A stretch of 64,000 bases of DNA from Macrostomum lignano (GCA_002269645.1 NIVC01000577.1:1-64000); one strand, 5' to 3'. Positions 1 through 11,689 are shown, counted from the stretch's first letter. Notes: generated from the sequence alone by a model not told the origin. A program made the numbers and translations.

Positions 1-319
1 TGTGCAACATTGATTAAGGTAAACAAACTTCTCATATGGTTTGTGACAATTTCCTGACCATTGTAAACCATTTTCAAGAGTCCCTTCTGGTGACAAATAC
101 AACAAATAGCATTGTGTTTAGTTGAAATCTCGATACATATTCCGTGAAAAAGTTATGCGCAGAGGATGGATAAAATTTGAGTAAAAATAAAAAATCCACA
201 AAAGCCTAGATGAACCTCTAACCTGGCCTGACTGGATGATAATATGTGAACTTGGCATTCGCTGAAATGCGTTGAAATTGATACAAAATCACATAGCTGA
301 ACTTTCATAGCTTTAAAAC

Positions 320-1510
320 TGAATCTCATACCTACCCAACCGAATCTCATACCTACCCAACCGAATCTCATACCTACCCAACCGAATCTCATAGCTACCC
401 CTGGTACCCAACCGAATCTCATAGCTACCCAACCGAATCTCATAGCTACCCAACCGAATCTCATACCTACCTAACCGAATCTCATACCTACCCAACTGAA
501 TCTCAGACCTACCCCTGGTACCCAACCGAATCTCATAGCTACCCAACCGAATCTCATAGCTACCCAACCGAATCTCATACCTACCCAACCGAATCTCATA
601 CCTACCCAACTGAATCTCAGACCTACCCCTGGTACCCAACCGAATCTCATAGCTACCCAACCGAATCTCATACCTACCTAACCGAATCTCTTACCTACCC
701 CAACCGAATCTCATACCTACCCAACCGAATCTCATACCTACCCAACCGAATCTCAGACCTACCCAACCGAATCTCATACCTACCCAACCGAATCTCATAC
801 CTACCCAACCGAATTTCATACCTACCCAACCGAATCTCAGACCTACCCAACCGAATCTCATAGCTACCCAACCGAATCTCAGACCTACCCAACCGAATCT
901 CATACCTACCCAACCGAATCTCATACCTACCCAACCGAATCTCATACCTACCCAACCGAATCTCATACCTACCTAACCGAATCTCATACCTACCCAACCG
1001 AATCTCAGACCTACCCAACCGAATCTCATACCTACCCAACCGAATCTCAGGCCTACCCAACCGAATCTCATAGCTACCCAACCGAATCTCATACCTATCT
1101 AACCGAATCTCATACCTACCCAACCGAATCTCATACCTACCTAACCGAATCTCATACCTACCCAACCGAATCTCTTACCTACTCAACCGAATCTCACCCC
1201 TATAACCGCATCTCAGACCTACCTAACCGAATCTCATACCTACCCAACCGAATCTCACCCCTATAACCGCATCTCAGACCTACCTAACCGAATCTCAGAC
1301 CTACCCAACCGAATCTCATACCTACCCAACCGAATCTCATACCTACCTAACCGAATCTCATACCTACCTAACCGAATCTACCTAACCGAATCTCATACCT
1401 ACCTAACCGAATCTCATACCTAACTAACCGAATCTCATACCCACCTAAGTTAAGCTCATACCTACCTAACTGAGTCTCATAGCTAATAAATGGAATCTCA
1501 ACCCGACCTA
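320..1510. repeat. Intronic minisatellite, 21-bp unit AACCGAATCTCATACCTACCC, about 55 copies
   Basis: Unit read directly; the 7-aa periodic ORFs (MRFGWVG) confirm the 21-nt period. Confidence 0.97.
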
Positions 1511-1551
1511 AACAAATCCCATTGCCATTCAGACGCTTCCCTCCAACTCAC

Positions 1552-1808
1552 GAGGCGTATCAGGCCGCAGGTCTTCAAGTCCCAGCTTGACAGGCCTCAT
1601 CCCCATGGCGGGAATCATGCCCATATCTCTGTCATTCTCGAACCGCTTTAATCGCCGGTCCCGCTGAGACACAATGAGATTCTCCGTTCGCTTTCTCTGG
1701 CTATCGGCGTAGCCCTGCTTGTGCTGACGGACGCGCTCTACTTCGGAGTCTTCGTAGGCATAGTCCGGGTCTACGAAGTTGTGTCGCTTCACTCGGGTGA
1801 ACAGGGTG
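1552..1808 (-). CDS. CFAP47: CFAP47 coding exon 8 (CTLFTRVKRHNFVDPDYAY...DLRPDTP); the gene continues leftwards
   Basis: CAG acceptor (phase 2), GTGAGT donor at 1551. Matches human IFTKVPRFNYVNHDFAY. Confidence 0.88.
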
Positions 1809-1959
1809 CTGCAGTTGGTATGAGGAGGGATGGTTAGGTGCAACTGATCCACTACTGAAGTTTAGTTTATGAAGTTTAGACTGCTGGGAATATACGAGGC
1901 GTACTGTACTTCGGATAGACAGTCCAAGGGGAACTTTAACGACCAGCGCCAATCCTCAC

Positions 1960-2275
1960 CAATAGTCCACGTGCCGCTCCGACGGTCGCAGGCTGGCGGC
2001 TCGATCATTCGGGAAGGCGATGCGCGCTTGTTTCCGACGCTTACCGTCGCCGCCGCTGCCCTCGTCGGCCGAGACGGCGTGCCGATGCAGCCGGGCATTC
2101 GTGTGGGCCACCAGCGCCGCCAGCGGAGGCTGCACCGGCCGTTCGTTTAGCTCGTCGAATCGGGTGTCGGTGCACAGGCCGACTTCGTTGGCCACCAGCG
2201 GGGTGATGCCGGGTTGAAGCGACCGGCTGGCTGAGTGCCGAACACGCGACAGGAGCCGGAGAGGCGCATGAACAC
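1960..2275 (-). CDS. CFAP47: CFAP47 coding exon 7 (VFMRLSGSC...RFNP / GITPLVANEVG...IAFPNDRAASLRP), with an apparent 1-nt deletion near 2211
   Basis: AFPNDRAA motif matches human LAFPNDRAATIR. The exon is 316 nt but the flanking phases (0 in, 2 out) require 317. Confidence 0.88.
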
Positions 2276-2472
2276 CTGTGACGGGCGGGAGTGACAAGCG
2301 AGGTTGAGATTTGGTTAAAGTCGAGGTGACAGCCGCAAGAGGTTGACAGATAATCCAAGAGCTACCTTGTCTACTAAAAAAACACGGCTAATAGTAGTAG
2401 CTTTCATTTTTCACGCCACTTCAAACTGAAGTTTGGAAAATGTTTCTGCACGGTTCTACTATGTGAGCTCAC

Positions 2473-2855
2473 CGAATGGATAACATCGAGTCGTCTCGTT
2501 AGCGGATCTTGCCTATCATCGGCCACCTCGCCGAGTATGCAGATCTCCAATTGGACGTCGAAGTTGCCAAACTGCCTCGGGCAGAAGGTGACGCTGACTG
2601 GCAGCTCGCGGCCTGGCTCAATTTGACCTCGCTCTGGTCTGGCATTGAAGTGGGCGATCTTGCGGAACGCGAACAGCACCGGTAGGCCGTCCTCGGATTG
2701 GTTGGCCAGCGTGAAAGCCGCATCGGCCGGGTTGTTCAGCTGGACAGCGCCGAAGTTCACCTCCGGCTTGGGCGAGACTTGCAGAAGGATTGGCAGGGCG
2801 GTGCCGGTGAGAGCGACCTCCAGCTGAGTTCGATGCGAATCGGGTGAGGCCGAGT
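2473..2855 (-). CDS. CFAP47: CFAP47 coding exon 6 (DSASPDSHRTQLEVALTGTALP...VIHS)
   Basis: CAG acceptor (phase 1), GTGAG donor (phase 0), 383 nt. Matches human KVELALTGTGLPV and FKKTANFEIDPEKG...SFVPHQLG. Confidence 0.9.
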
Positions 2856-2988
2856 CTGGAGATTTGCGGTTTTAATGAATAATTTTTTATTTTAATAGTG
2901 TCTTATCATGTTATTAATCGATAATAGTGTTTGCAGTTTCGGTGATAGCAAAACTAGCACATCGTGACTATCGCACGTGTATGTGAAT

Positions 2989-3202
2989 CAATGCTTCAGA
3001 GTGCCTTCAAAGCTACGCAATCAGCAATGTTTCAGATTGTCTTCAAAGCTACGCAATCAGCAATGCTTCAGAGTGTCTTTAAAGCTACGCAATGATTAAT
3101 GCTTCAGATTGTCTTCAACGCAATCATCAATGCTTCAGAGGGTCTTCAACACAATCATCAATGCTTCAGAGTGTCTTCAAAGCTACGCAATCAGCAATGC
3201 TT
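2989..3202. repeat. Intronic degenerate tandem repeat, about 36-bp unit AATGCTTCAGAGTGTCTTCAAAGCTACGCAATCAGC, about 6 copies
   Basis: Read directly; two of the copies are shorter deletion variants. Confidence 0.9.
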
Positions 3203-3261
3203 GCAATTCGTCAGTTCGGGTCAAGAAGACTAGTTGAAAGTGTCAAATAACATGTCCTCAC

Positions 3262-3502
3262 CAGTCTGCGTCCCTACAAGCTGAATGTACATAAACAGCG
3301 CAAAATCCTGCTTTGGCGGGCTGTCTTCTGTTGTGTGAAACGACCTCTTAGATTTGTACCAACGAGGACTGAATCTAAAACAAACCAGAGCTTTCTGGTA
3401 TGGCGCGATCGTGCCTTGATTGGGAATCATGCAGACCAGAGAGGTCAGCGGGTTCGTGCACTCTTTGGCCTCGGCCAGGTTTGCTGACTTGTTCACCGGA
3501 CC
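3262..3502 (-). CDS. CFAP47: CFAP47 coding exon 5 (GPVNKS...MIPNQGTIAPYQKALVCFRFSP...QDFALF)
   Basis: Matches human LPNEGTLQPYQKTVITFCFTP...RQDYALFL. GTGAG donor at 3261, phase 1. The acceptor is uncertain because another in-frame CAG lies about 50 nt upstream. Confidence 0.85.
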
Positions 3503-3620
3503 CTGCGAGTTGTTGAAAGTGAAGAATTTGCCTTCTTTACATGAAATTTTCTGTAGTTACCTCAGTAGAAGGACTATGTTTTTTTCAATAAGCGTGAATC
3601 TTGCCTCTTTACTCCACCAA

Positions 3621-4623
3621 TCTTTGAGAATCTGCCTCTCCGCTCCCCCTGTCCTTGAGAATCTGCCTCTCCGCTCCCTCTGTCCTTGAGAATCTGCCTC
3701 TCCGCTCCCCTCCTGTCCTTGAGAATCTGCCTCTCCGCTCCCCCTGTCCTTGAGAATCTGCCTCTCCGCTCCCCCTGTCCTTGAGAATCTGGCTCTCCGC
3801 CCCCCTCCTGTCCTTGAGAATCTGGCTCTCCGCCCCCCTCCTGTCCTTGAGAATCTGCCTCTCCGCTCCCCCTGTCCTTGAGAATCTGCCTCTCCGCTCC
3901 CCCTGTCCTTGAGAATCTGCCTCTCCGCTCCCCCTGTCCTTGAGAATCTGCTTCTCCGCTCCCCTGTCCTTGAGAATCTGGCTCTCCGCCCCCTCCTGTC
4001 CTTGAGAATCTGCCTCTCTGCTCCCTATGCTTGAGAATCTGCCACTCCGCTCCATGTCCTTGAGAATCTGTCTCTCTGCTCCCTGTCCTTGAGAATCTGC
4101 CTCTCTGCTCCCTGTGCTTGAGAATCTGCCACTCCGCTCCATGTCCTTGAGAATCTGCCTCTCTGCTCCCTGTCCTTGAGAATCTGCCTCTCTACTCCCT
4201 GTCCTTGAGAATCTGCCTCTCTGCTCCCTGTCCTTGAGAATCTGCCTCTCTACTCCCTGTCCTTGAGAATCTGCCTCTCTGCTCCCTGTCCTTGAGAATC
4301 TGCCTCTCTACTCCCTGTCCTTGAGAATCTGCCTCTCCGCTCCATGTCCTTGAGAATCTGCCTCTCTACTCCCTGTCCTTGAGAATCTGCCTCTCTGCTC
4401 CCTGTCCTTGAGAATCTGCCTCTCTGCTCCCTATCCTTGAGAATCTACCTCTCTGCTCCCTGTCCTTGAGAATCTACCTCTCTGCTCCCTGTCCTTGAGA
4501 ATCTGCCTCTCTGCTCCCTGTCCTTGAGAATCTGCCTCTCTACTCCCTGTCCTTGAGAATCTGCCTCCTAGTTTTCTCAATCCTTGAGAATCTGCCTCCT
4601 AGTTTTCTCAATCCTTGAGAATC
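3621..4623. repeat. Intronic minisatellite, 29-31-bp unit TGTCCTTGAGAATCTGCCTCTCTGCTCCC, about 34 copies
   Basis: Read directly; fills most of CFAP47 intron 4. Confidence 0.97.
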
Positions 4624-4649
4624 CGTCATTTTTCACACTCCACACTCAC

Positions 4650-4928
4650 AGACTCCTGTCCGATGGCGTTCTCCTCCAGAATGGACACAAAGCTGACAGG
4701 CTCTGGTGCATTGTTGAAGAGCACTGCCGCCTCAATTTTGTCTGTCCCGTAGAACGCGGAGCCGAAATGCACGCATGGCATCGGCTCCCCGGTGGCCGGG
4801 CTCAGTAGCTCCAGTTGGCGTTCGACTATTTCGCCGAACACGGCAATTTTCTGTGGCTCCGTGCGACCCTCAAGGACGGCGACGACTTCTTCGTTGAATT
4901 TGCCGGGCTCTTTGGTGATGTAATCGAA
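4650..4928 (-). CDS. CFAP47: CFAP47 coding exon 4 (FDYITKEPG...CVHFGSAFYGTDKIEAAVLFNNAPEP...IGQES)
   Basis: CAG acceptor, GTGAGT donor, 279 nt. Matches human CIHFGPVFFGTSKIKHARVYNNSPEP. Confidence 0.92.
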
Positions 4929-5066
4929 CTGCAATGCAGTTGGAGAAAGGGTGATGTTTACGGCATGAAACGCTGTATTACTGTCACAACAGGTAAAACT
5001 ATCTTAATGTGGAAGCGCAATCTGCTGCCTGTAGAACTGTAACCCAAACCATTCCAAAATCAGTTA

Positions 5067-5080
5067 GTTGCTATGGTAAG
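5067..5080 (+). promoter_or_regulatory. RFX X-box-like motif GTTGCTATGGTAAG in CFAP47 intron 3
   Basis: Close to the X-box consensus GTTGCCATGGCAAC and located in a motile-cilia gene. Function is untested. Confidence 0.35.
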
Positions 5081-5088
5081 CCTCTCAC

Positions 5089-5310
5089 CCGGACAGGCAG
5101 CACTGATTTCGGCGGTATCGATCCGTGCGGCGGCAGAATCGACAATGGCCGGCTGCCCGAATATTCGAATCGAAACTCGCCAGGCCTGGAGCCGCGATTG
5201 TACAGCTTCACGTTGGTGGTGACTACCTTGTTTGCCACAACTACTACGCCAAAGCTGACACTGTCTGAGATCTCCAGCACCGGCTGGCGAGGCATCCCCT
5301 GGACTGGTAC
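5089..5310 (-). CDS. CFAP47: CFAP47 coding exon 3 (VPVQGMPRQPVLEISDSVSFG...LPVR)
   Basis: CAG acceptor, GTGAG donor, 222 nt in phase. Matches human LEIESVVNFGTLVANSKV...NHGKAPGIFKAEY. Confidence 0.9.
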
Positions 5311-5757
5311 CTGCGTGTTTTTTAAAACGTAAGATAAAAAACATAAATGGGTTCCTAAAAAACATGTCTTAAGAAGAGCCTTTAGTTAAACGCCTTTAGT
5401 CTAATAGGCTTCTATGTACCATGTGATTTTTTTCAATTTTTTACTCTAAAAGTGAAGACACGACATTGAGGCCAGAGTCCTTTGGTTGATTCATTTAACA
5501 CGGACATCTTTAAGGGGTAAGAGAAACGAGTCCTCTGTGATGCTCTCTGGCTGGCCGAGAAACTTAATAGTCTAAGTGAAATACTTTATTAATTTTCGAT
5601 CAGTGGAACATTGGGACCTCGGAACGATGAAAAGTCAAATAGTACGGTGCTTTAGGATGGTTAAGAATTTCCATTTGGAAGCAGCTGTCAGCAATTAGGA
5701 GATTTAAACTGTAAAAAATATATCGACTTGCTGCGCGTAACAGATAAACTCTCATAC

Positions 5758-5898
5758 CGGAATAACTTCGCCATCAACTGTGACGATGAGGCGATCACTC
5801 TGCGTGTTCTCGTCTGTGGGCGTGTACTCAATGCAGGCCACGTGGTCCAAACCGGACGCCACATTCTTCTCATGTTCCTTCACTTTTAATGTGAAGAT
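5758..5898 (-). CDS. CFAP47: CFAP47 coding exon 2 (IFTLKVKEHEKNVASGLDHVACIEYTPTDENTQSDRLIVTVDGEVIP)
   Basis: TAG acceptor at 5899, GTATGAG donor at 5757, 141 nt, phase 0/0. Matches human ..KELASGLQMTAMVEYHPDKDEDTFDRLLISIE.. Not present in the ORF track in this frame. Confidence 0.88.
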
Positions 5899-6485
5899 CT
5901 AAAATTAGGTGGGGTTTTTGTAGATTTTTTGCTGCTGACTACAGACAGAAATCGAGTTAGTACTATACAAATTAGACATCTTATTAATGTTTTGACTTTG
6001 GGCCATTAATTAAAAAGCATTTATTTAGTAAGAAAATCATTTTTGGCTTTAATTTATACACACTATGTAAATTCATTATTAACACACATTCATAACTTTT
6101 AGAAAAATATTTATTATGCCTATCAATCTTATTTTCTAAAACAAAGCAATATTTTTTGCGATACAACACGAGCCAGTGGCCTTTAATAGAATACCGAAAT
6201 CGTTCATTACTGATGGACGCATCAGTATGGTTCAACTTTTTTAAAGATAATTACTTAATGACGCAGGTTTCCGAATATACATGTATTTAAGCCTACACCT
6301 TTGTACATAAACACCTAATGCCAGAATTGCTTGGACTCAGACAGTAAGTCTTTCCTATGCATGTCATGAATATAGGAGTTCGTGTGCGCTTAATGCCAGA
6401 AATTAATATATTTCACTTATTGAGGATTTTTTATTTTCAATTTATTTCGGACAATAGACTTAAAGAATTGCTCGTAAACACTTAC

Positions 6486-6635
6486 CTTATTCTGAGGCGC
6501 GTAAAAACGAATCGTTCGTGTCTTTTCACTGATATTTTTCACAGACACATGGCATTTTTGAGAAACTCCAACATCGCAGTCAAAGAATTGGATGATTCCA
6601 GGGTTAATACGGATACCCTGGATGTCAAGTGCCAT
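6486..6635 (-). CDS. CFAP47: CFAP47 coding exon 1 (MALDIQGIRINPGIIQF...FYAPQNK)
   Basis: ATG at 6635-6633, 50 codons, GTAAG donor at 6485. Resembles the CFAP47 N-terminal ASH/Ig-like repeat (human LRVIPAEVKF...VHNICRWNQKIRF, recalled from memory). Confidence 0.85.
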
Positions 6636-7726
6636 CTTAAATCCACTGGAAGACAAACATGCATATACTTGTTTGCTACATAAAATATTTCTATTCGACA
6701 CGAGTCAGTTAAAAAAGCAGTAACATTCAGGGATGCATAGCAACTAGACTATTTTTGAATTCTTAACTAATAGTATTTGAGAATTAGTTTTAAATTAAAT
6801 ATTTTGCACTTATTTACCTGTAAAAAGTAGTAAAACGACCATACGATTAAACGCTTTGTTTAGACAGTGCTGATAAATAAAACATTCTATTTTTAAATGA
6901 GTAAGTTTCATCCCGTAAAGTCTTCTTGGAAAATCGGGACCAAACAAAATATGGAACATGCTTTGCCAAACAATGTGTGCGTCAACAAGCATTCTGCCAC
7001 ATTTTAATGTGAGAAGGGCATGCCTAAAATTCCTATGTGAAATTCAAATGTATTCAAATAACTAAACATTTAACAATTATGATTATGCGAATCCTGCTGC
7101 TGGTCACTACAGTTTTTTAATGTTCCTGATTCCATTATTGTAACTATACCAATGTGCTATGCCCATAAAAATTGAAGTGCTGTATTTTAATGCATTTCAC
7201 AACTATATTTTATATACAACTATGTTTTTAAAAATTGTGCAACTATATTCTACTAGAATATGACAGTGACCTGCTAAAATTAATGTTAGTGAGTTTTTGT
7301 TTAGGAATTCTAGCCTACTTTGTTCTACTACTAGACATAACTAGTAGTAGTACTAGTACTACTATACTCTATAGTATAAGAATGCTTAGCATCCTGAATC
7401 TAAAAATTAGTATCATAAAATTGATGTATCCTGATTTATTTCAAGAAATGTATAAAATAAACAGTATAGCATTTTCCTTTTAGTTTTGGGTTGGCATTTT
7501 TGCAACTTATTTTGACCAGACCTCTTGCCACCTAGCCAAATCAGCTAGGTCAGCTAGGTATTGAGCATGTATAATGATAATCATGTAGATGTAACAACTT
7601 TTTACTTATAAACTATAATGAAATAAAAAATAGGAACTTTATTGCTTATATATGAATATCACTTTGATTCATTTTGATTTTCCAATCAGAGTTTGCATGC
7701 ATATTGCAAAGCAGCTGTCTGCCCAG

Positions 7727-10143
7727 TAGGGATGTCAACCCCAGGGAGCTTGTCAGGGAATACTCCCTGGGAATTGGACCAGGGACCCTAGGGAAAAGAA
7801 AAAAGCATTTTTAACCTAATTTTTGCCATTTAAATAAGAAAATGATTCATAGAAGGCAGTGCTTATCCCCACGGTACCGTAGGAATAATTTCTATCTTAT
7901 TCCAACGGTACTGTGTGAATAATTTTCTGCTTATCCGCACGGCACACTGAGGAGATAGCTGCCCTATCTTCTACATATGCCGTGCGAATAATTTTCTGCT
8001 TATCCGCATGGCACACTGACGAGATAGCTGCCCTATCTTCTACATATGCCGTGTTGTGGGAAGTTTAGTACATACAATTTGAGTGCAGTATAACAACATA
8101 ACTTGGCTTGAACATTTGTTGTAAAGAAATAAAGATTTTTTCTATGAGAAAGAATTTTTTTGTGTAGTAACAAATGATTTAAATTAAATTAACTCTAAGA
8201 ATTGTTTATTATTTAAATTTTTAGCAAAGTCTAATCTGATCTCGCCGTGATTTATATAGTCCATTGCCGCTTCCGTAGAATTTTACTACTCATGTGAATT
8301 CGCATGATTCATATTCATATTGCGGACAAGCAGAAAATTATTCGCACGGCATATGTAGAAGATGGGCAGCTATCTCGTCAGTGTGCCATGCGGATAAGCA
8401 GAAAATTATTCGCACGGCATATGTAGAAGATAGGGCAGCTATCTTGTCAGTGTGCCGTGCGGATAAGCAGAAAATTATTCGCACGGTACCGTTGGAATAA
8501 GACAGAAATTATTCCTACGGTACTGTGGGGATAAGCAGTGCCTTCATAGAAAGCTAATTGAAACTGTCTATGTGAGGTGGGGGCAGAGGAAAGTTTTCTT
8601 GGAATAGGGTGTTTTGAAAATTTGTTGACACTAGTGAGGTGGGGCGGATGCCACATTTGAATTTCTGCCAGCATTGCATTTGCACTATTAAAGTCAGAAA
8701 TTGTGCAGATGAATCACAACAAATTATTTCCTCCTGTTTTACTCCAACAGCTGGGTTCTCAAGTCCGGGGGAGGGTAGTCGTAATTGTAGTTGAGCGGTT
8801 GTAAGCAGCACGGTCATTTAGACTTTAGACTCAATAGTCTAGACACCATAAATCTGTTTTCTGAGTTGCTGAACTGATTACTTTCAGTAGAGTAGCATTG
8901 CCACCACTGTAATTGCGTATTACGGAACGTTGAGATCTCAGAGCTCGTTCGGAGATAAGATTAATTTGGTTGTTTAATGCCCCATGGGCAAATGACTCAA
9001 GATAAACTATTAAGGGGCTTTGATTGACAAATGAACTGTTATTATTGTCAATTAATATTATTATTATTATTAAGCAATATTAAATGTTTAAATAGGAATA
9101 TTATTAAACAAAGATGATCGCGGCAGGTGCTAGGTGCCAATCAACTAACAAAATAATTGAAACGCTAATTAAGTTTTAAACGGCGATTGCTATTGAACTC
9201 ACTAAGAAATAAATGACAGGCAGAATAAACAAATGGATTGAATCAAAAATGCGCACGCAAATGGAGAAAAAAGAACTGGCATCCCGCATTGGCCTTATAA
9301 ATAGTGAAAGTGTCATCCAGACAGGGATGGGGCAACAGATAGGGCAGCAAGGCAAGGGATGGGGCAGAGGATGGGGCTAGGGACAACACTGAAACGTAAA
9401 CGGAAAATAACAAAAAATGACTTCGTCAAAAGATGGGGCAAGGGGTGGCACACTGGGTGACAAAAGAAGTCATAGCAAAATTTCACCACCTGACGAAATC
9501 TCGCTCAGACAGTGGTAGATTGCCCTACCACATATGCTTTTTTACTGCATAAATGCTTATTTCAATGTATTTTTTCAAATGCAACACACATTTGAATGTT
9601 TTTTCACTACAAGTCTTTCAATCAAGCAAATTACATATAGAAACCCATCAGGAAAATGAAGCCTTACTGACTATTATGTTGGTCTACGTTGACAGCTTGA
9701 CGCATTTAATATAGGCACAGTGCTGTGTCCTGTGTCAGTTACTAACACAGGGGATAGCATACAATAACAAAATCTTCCCTATAAGACAAGGAGAAAATGG
9801 TGATTGATCTGCAAGAAATAAAAATTCCAATTATAAAAACAGTCTCATTATCCCTCTACAAGCTATAAGCATAGCTGTTGAGCATGAATTTTCCATCTCC
9901 AAAGTCTGGACTCTTTCTAACAAAGGTGCACACACAATTTGGTGATGCCACATTGTTAAATAAAGTTTTAAATTAACATTGTTTAAAGTTTTTATCCTTG
10001 CCCCTTGAACATATAGTCTAAAGCTTAAATCAAAGTTTAAAAAATGCCACCTAAAATCTATGAGTAAGTTATCCGCTGTTTTTTATTATTTTTTTCCCAT
10101 GGGGTCTTCAATAAGAAAATTCCCTAAGGAATCGATATCCCTA
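7727..10143. mobile_element. Non-autonomous or decayed hAT-superfamily DNA transposon (2417 bp)
   Basis: Ends are TAGGGATGTCAAC and (reverse complement) TAGGGATATCGAT, similar to the Ac-type TAGGGATG terminus. An identical 8-bp CTGCCCAG flanks both sides (7719-7726, 10144-10151). Confidence 0.85.
7852..8545. mobile_element. Fold-back / MITE-like element with about 200-bp inverted arms, nested in the hAT element
   Basis: 7852-8053 is the near-perfect reverse complement of about 8345-8545. The arms contain about 70-bp internal tandem subunits, and ATA flanks both ends. Confidence 0.8.
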
Positions 10144-11689
10144 CTGCCCAGTATTTTAATTGCATACATGGCAGCAATCTACCCTACCTACTATTTTAAT
10201 TGTGTGCATGGCAGTTGGCAAATAGGCAATATAGCAAATTGGACCCTTTCTATCCAATCTCTGAATTGCTATTAACTGAACCTAATTTTATAATTTGTTA
10301 TTTGTTTTATCCCACAACCCACATACAATATAATTTCAATTCATTGCTTTTTTGTTTACTTGAATAATAATTCCTAATAATTTGAACATTATATGATATA
10401 TTCTTTATAAGATATGGCTATTGTACTTATAATGAAAACACTAGGTAGATAGCTGCCATGCATACAAGCTTTCTATTTCCTAATATTTTATAACTTTTTA
10501 TGCCTGCTAGTGTTATTGAGACAATGTGCCTATTTACATTTTATTATTAACTAATTGGCTTATAAGTTTCAAATAAATAAGTTGCTTCTTTTACTTTACT
10601 TACTTGTCTTTTACTAGTATTTTAATAGTAGTAAAAAAGTAAACTTATTCCTTACCTTTTAGCTGTTAAATTACTAGTATAATATTTCTATAATATTAGC
10701 TAAAAAGATAAAACAGCAAAGACAATGCATTATATCGTCTGTCTTATTAAAAAGTGCAAAATTATTATTTTCTATGTTAACATTAACTAATTAATGCATA
10801 TCAATGATTACTAATATTAAATAACTTTTAATCAATTTAATAAAATCAAGTATTTAATTGATATGATATATATTGGAGATTATATAGGATATGACAACAG
10901 TTTCTATAATAAATTTGGGTTGCTAATTAGAAGTTGGCATATATTTTTAGTCAAAATCTTAGTAAGTGTATTTCAGAATAAAAATTCTTGTCTTTTTAAT
11001 TCCATGCTAATATAAAAGAAATAATTTTATACAAAAAATAAAGTTTTGTCTTAGGGCTTTTCTTTGTCTTTTATAAATATTGCATGGTTAAGATACCAAA
11101 GTTGTGCTAAGGATATTCTTCTACTTCTTTGATAATTCCACTGCTGTCACTAATTTATCACTATGTAGACTGTAGTGTATTATTTACAATTGACCTAAGT
11201 TGTCTTATGGCATTATACTTATCCTATTTAAAGATAGTATTGTATCACTTGACGCAGATAAAATTTAAGAGATTGTATATATTTTTTCTTGAAAATAATC
11301 TTATTTGATATGGTATTTTAACAAAATAGTTAGAGCTTATCAATTTCTAATGGAGAAGATCCTAGTGGAAATCTTTACCACTTTTGCCTGATAGTAATCT
11401 AAGTAGCATCTTTGGACTTTGGTCAGTATTCAAGTAGTTTTCCAGAGTCATGATTAGCAGTTTATGCTGCAAACATGATATAACTTGACCAAAATTTTTA
11501 GCAGTGAAATCAACTAATTATACATGTCTAATTATAATGACTTTTCATCTGTGTGATTATTTCTTAACCCTCACAAACTTACTGGCAGTCCAAATAAAAT
11601 TTCACAATTTCCTTACTGCACTAGCAAGGCATATGCAGACAAGCCGAATTTGATTCTCAACAGCTTCAAAAAAACTGCAATTCAGCAAA

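Noticed and set aside
223-261. Candidate 39-nt CFAP47 micro-exon on the minus strand (PNAKFTYYHPVRP)
   Set aside because: The AG/GT boundaries and phase fit, but there is no recognisable homology and the base composition is unlike the other exons.
1869-2827. Plus-strand ORFs overlapping CFAP47 exons, and similar antisense ORFs over USP2, Kv and 59014-59597
   Set aside because: These are shadow ORFs caused by GC-rich codon usage on the opposite strand.
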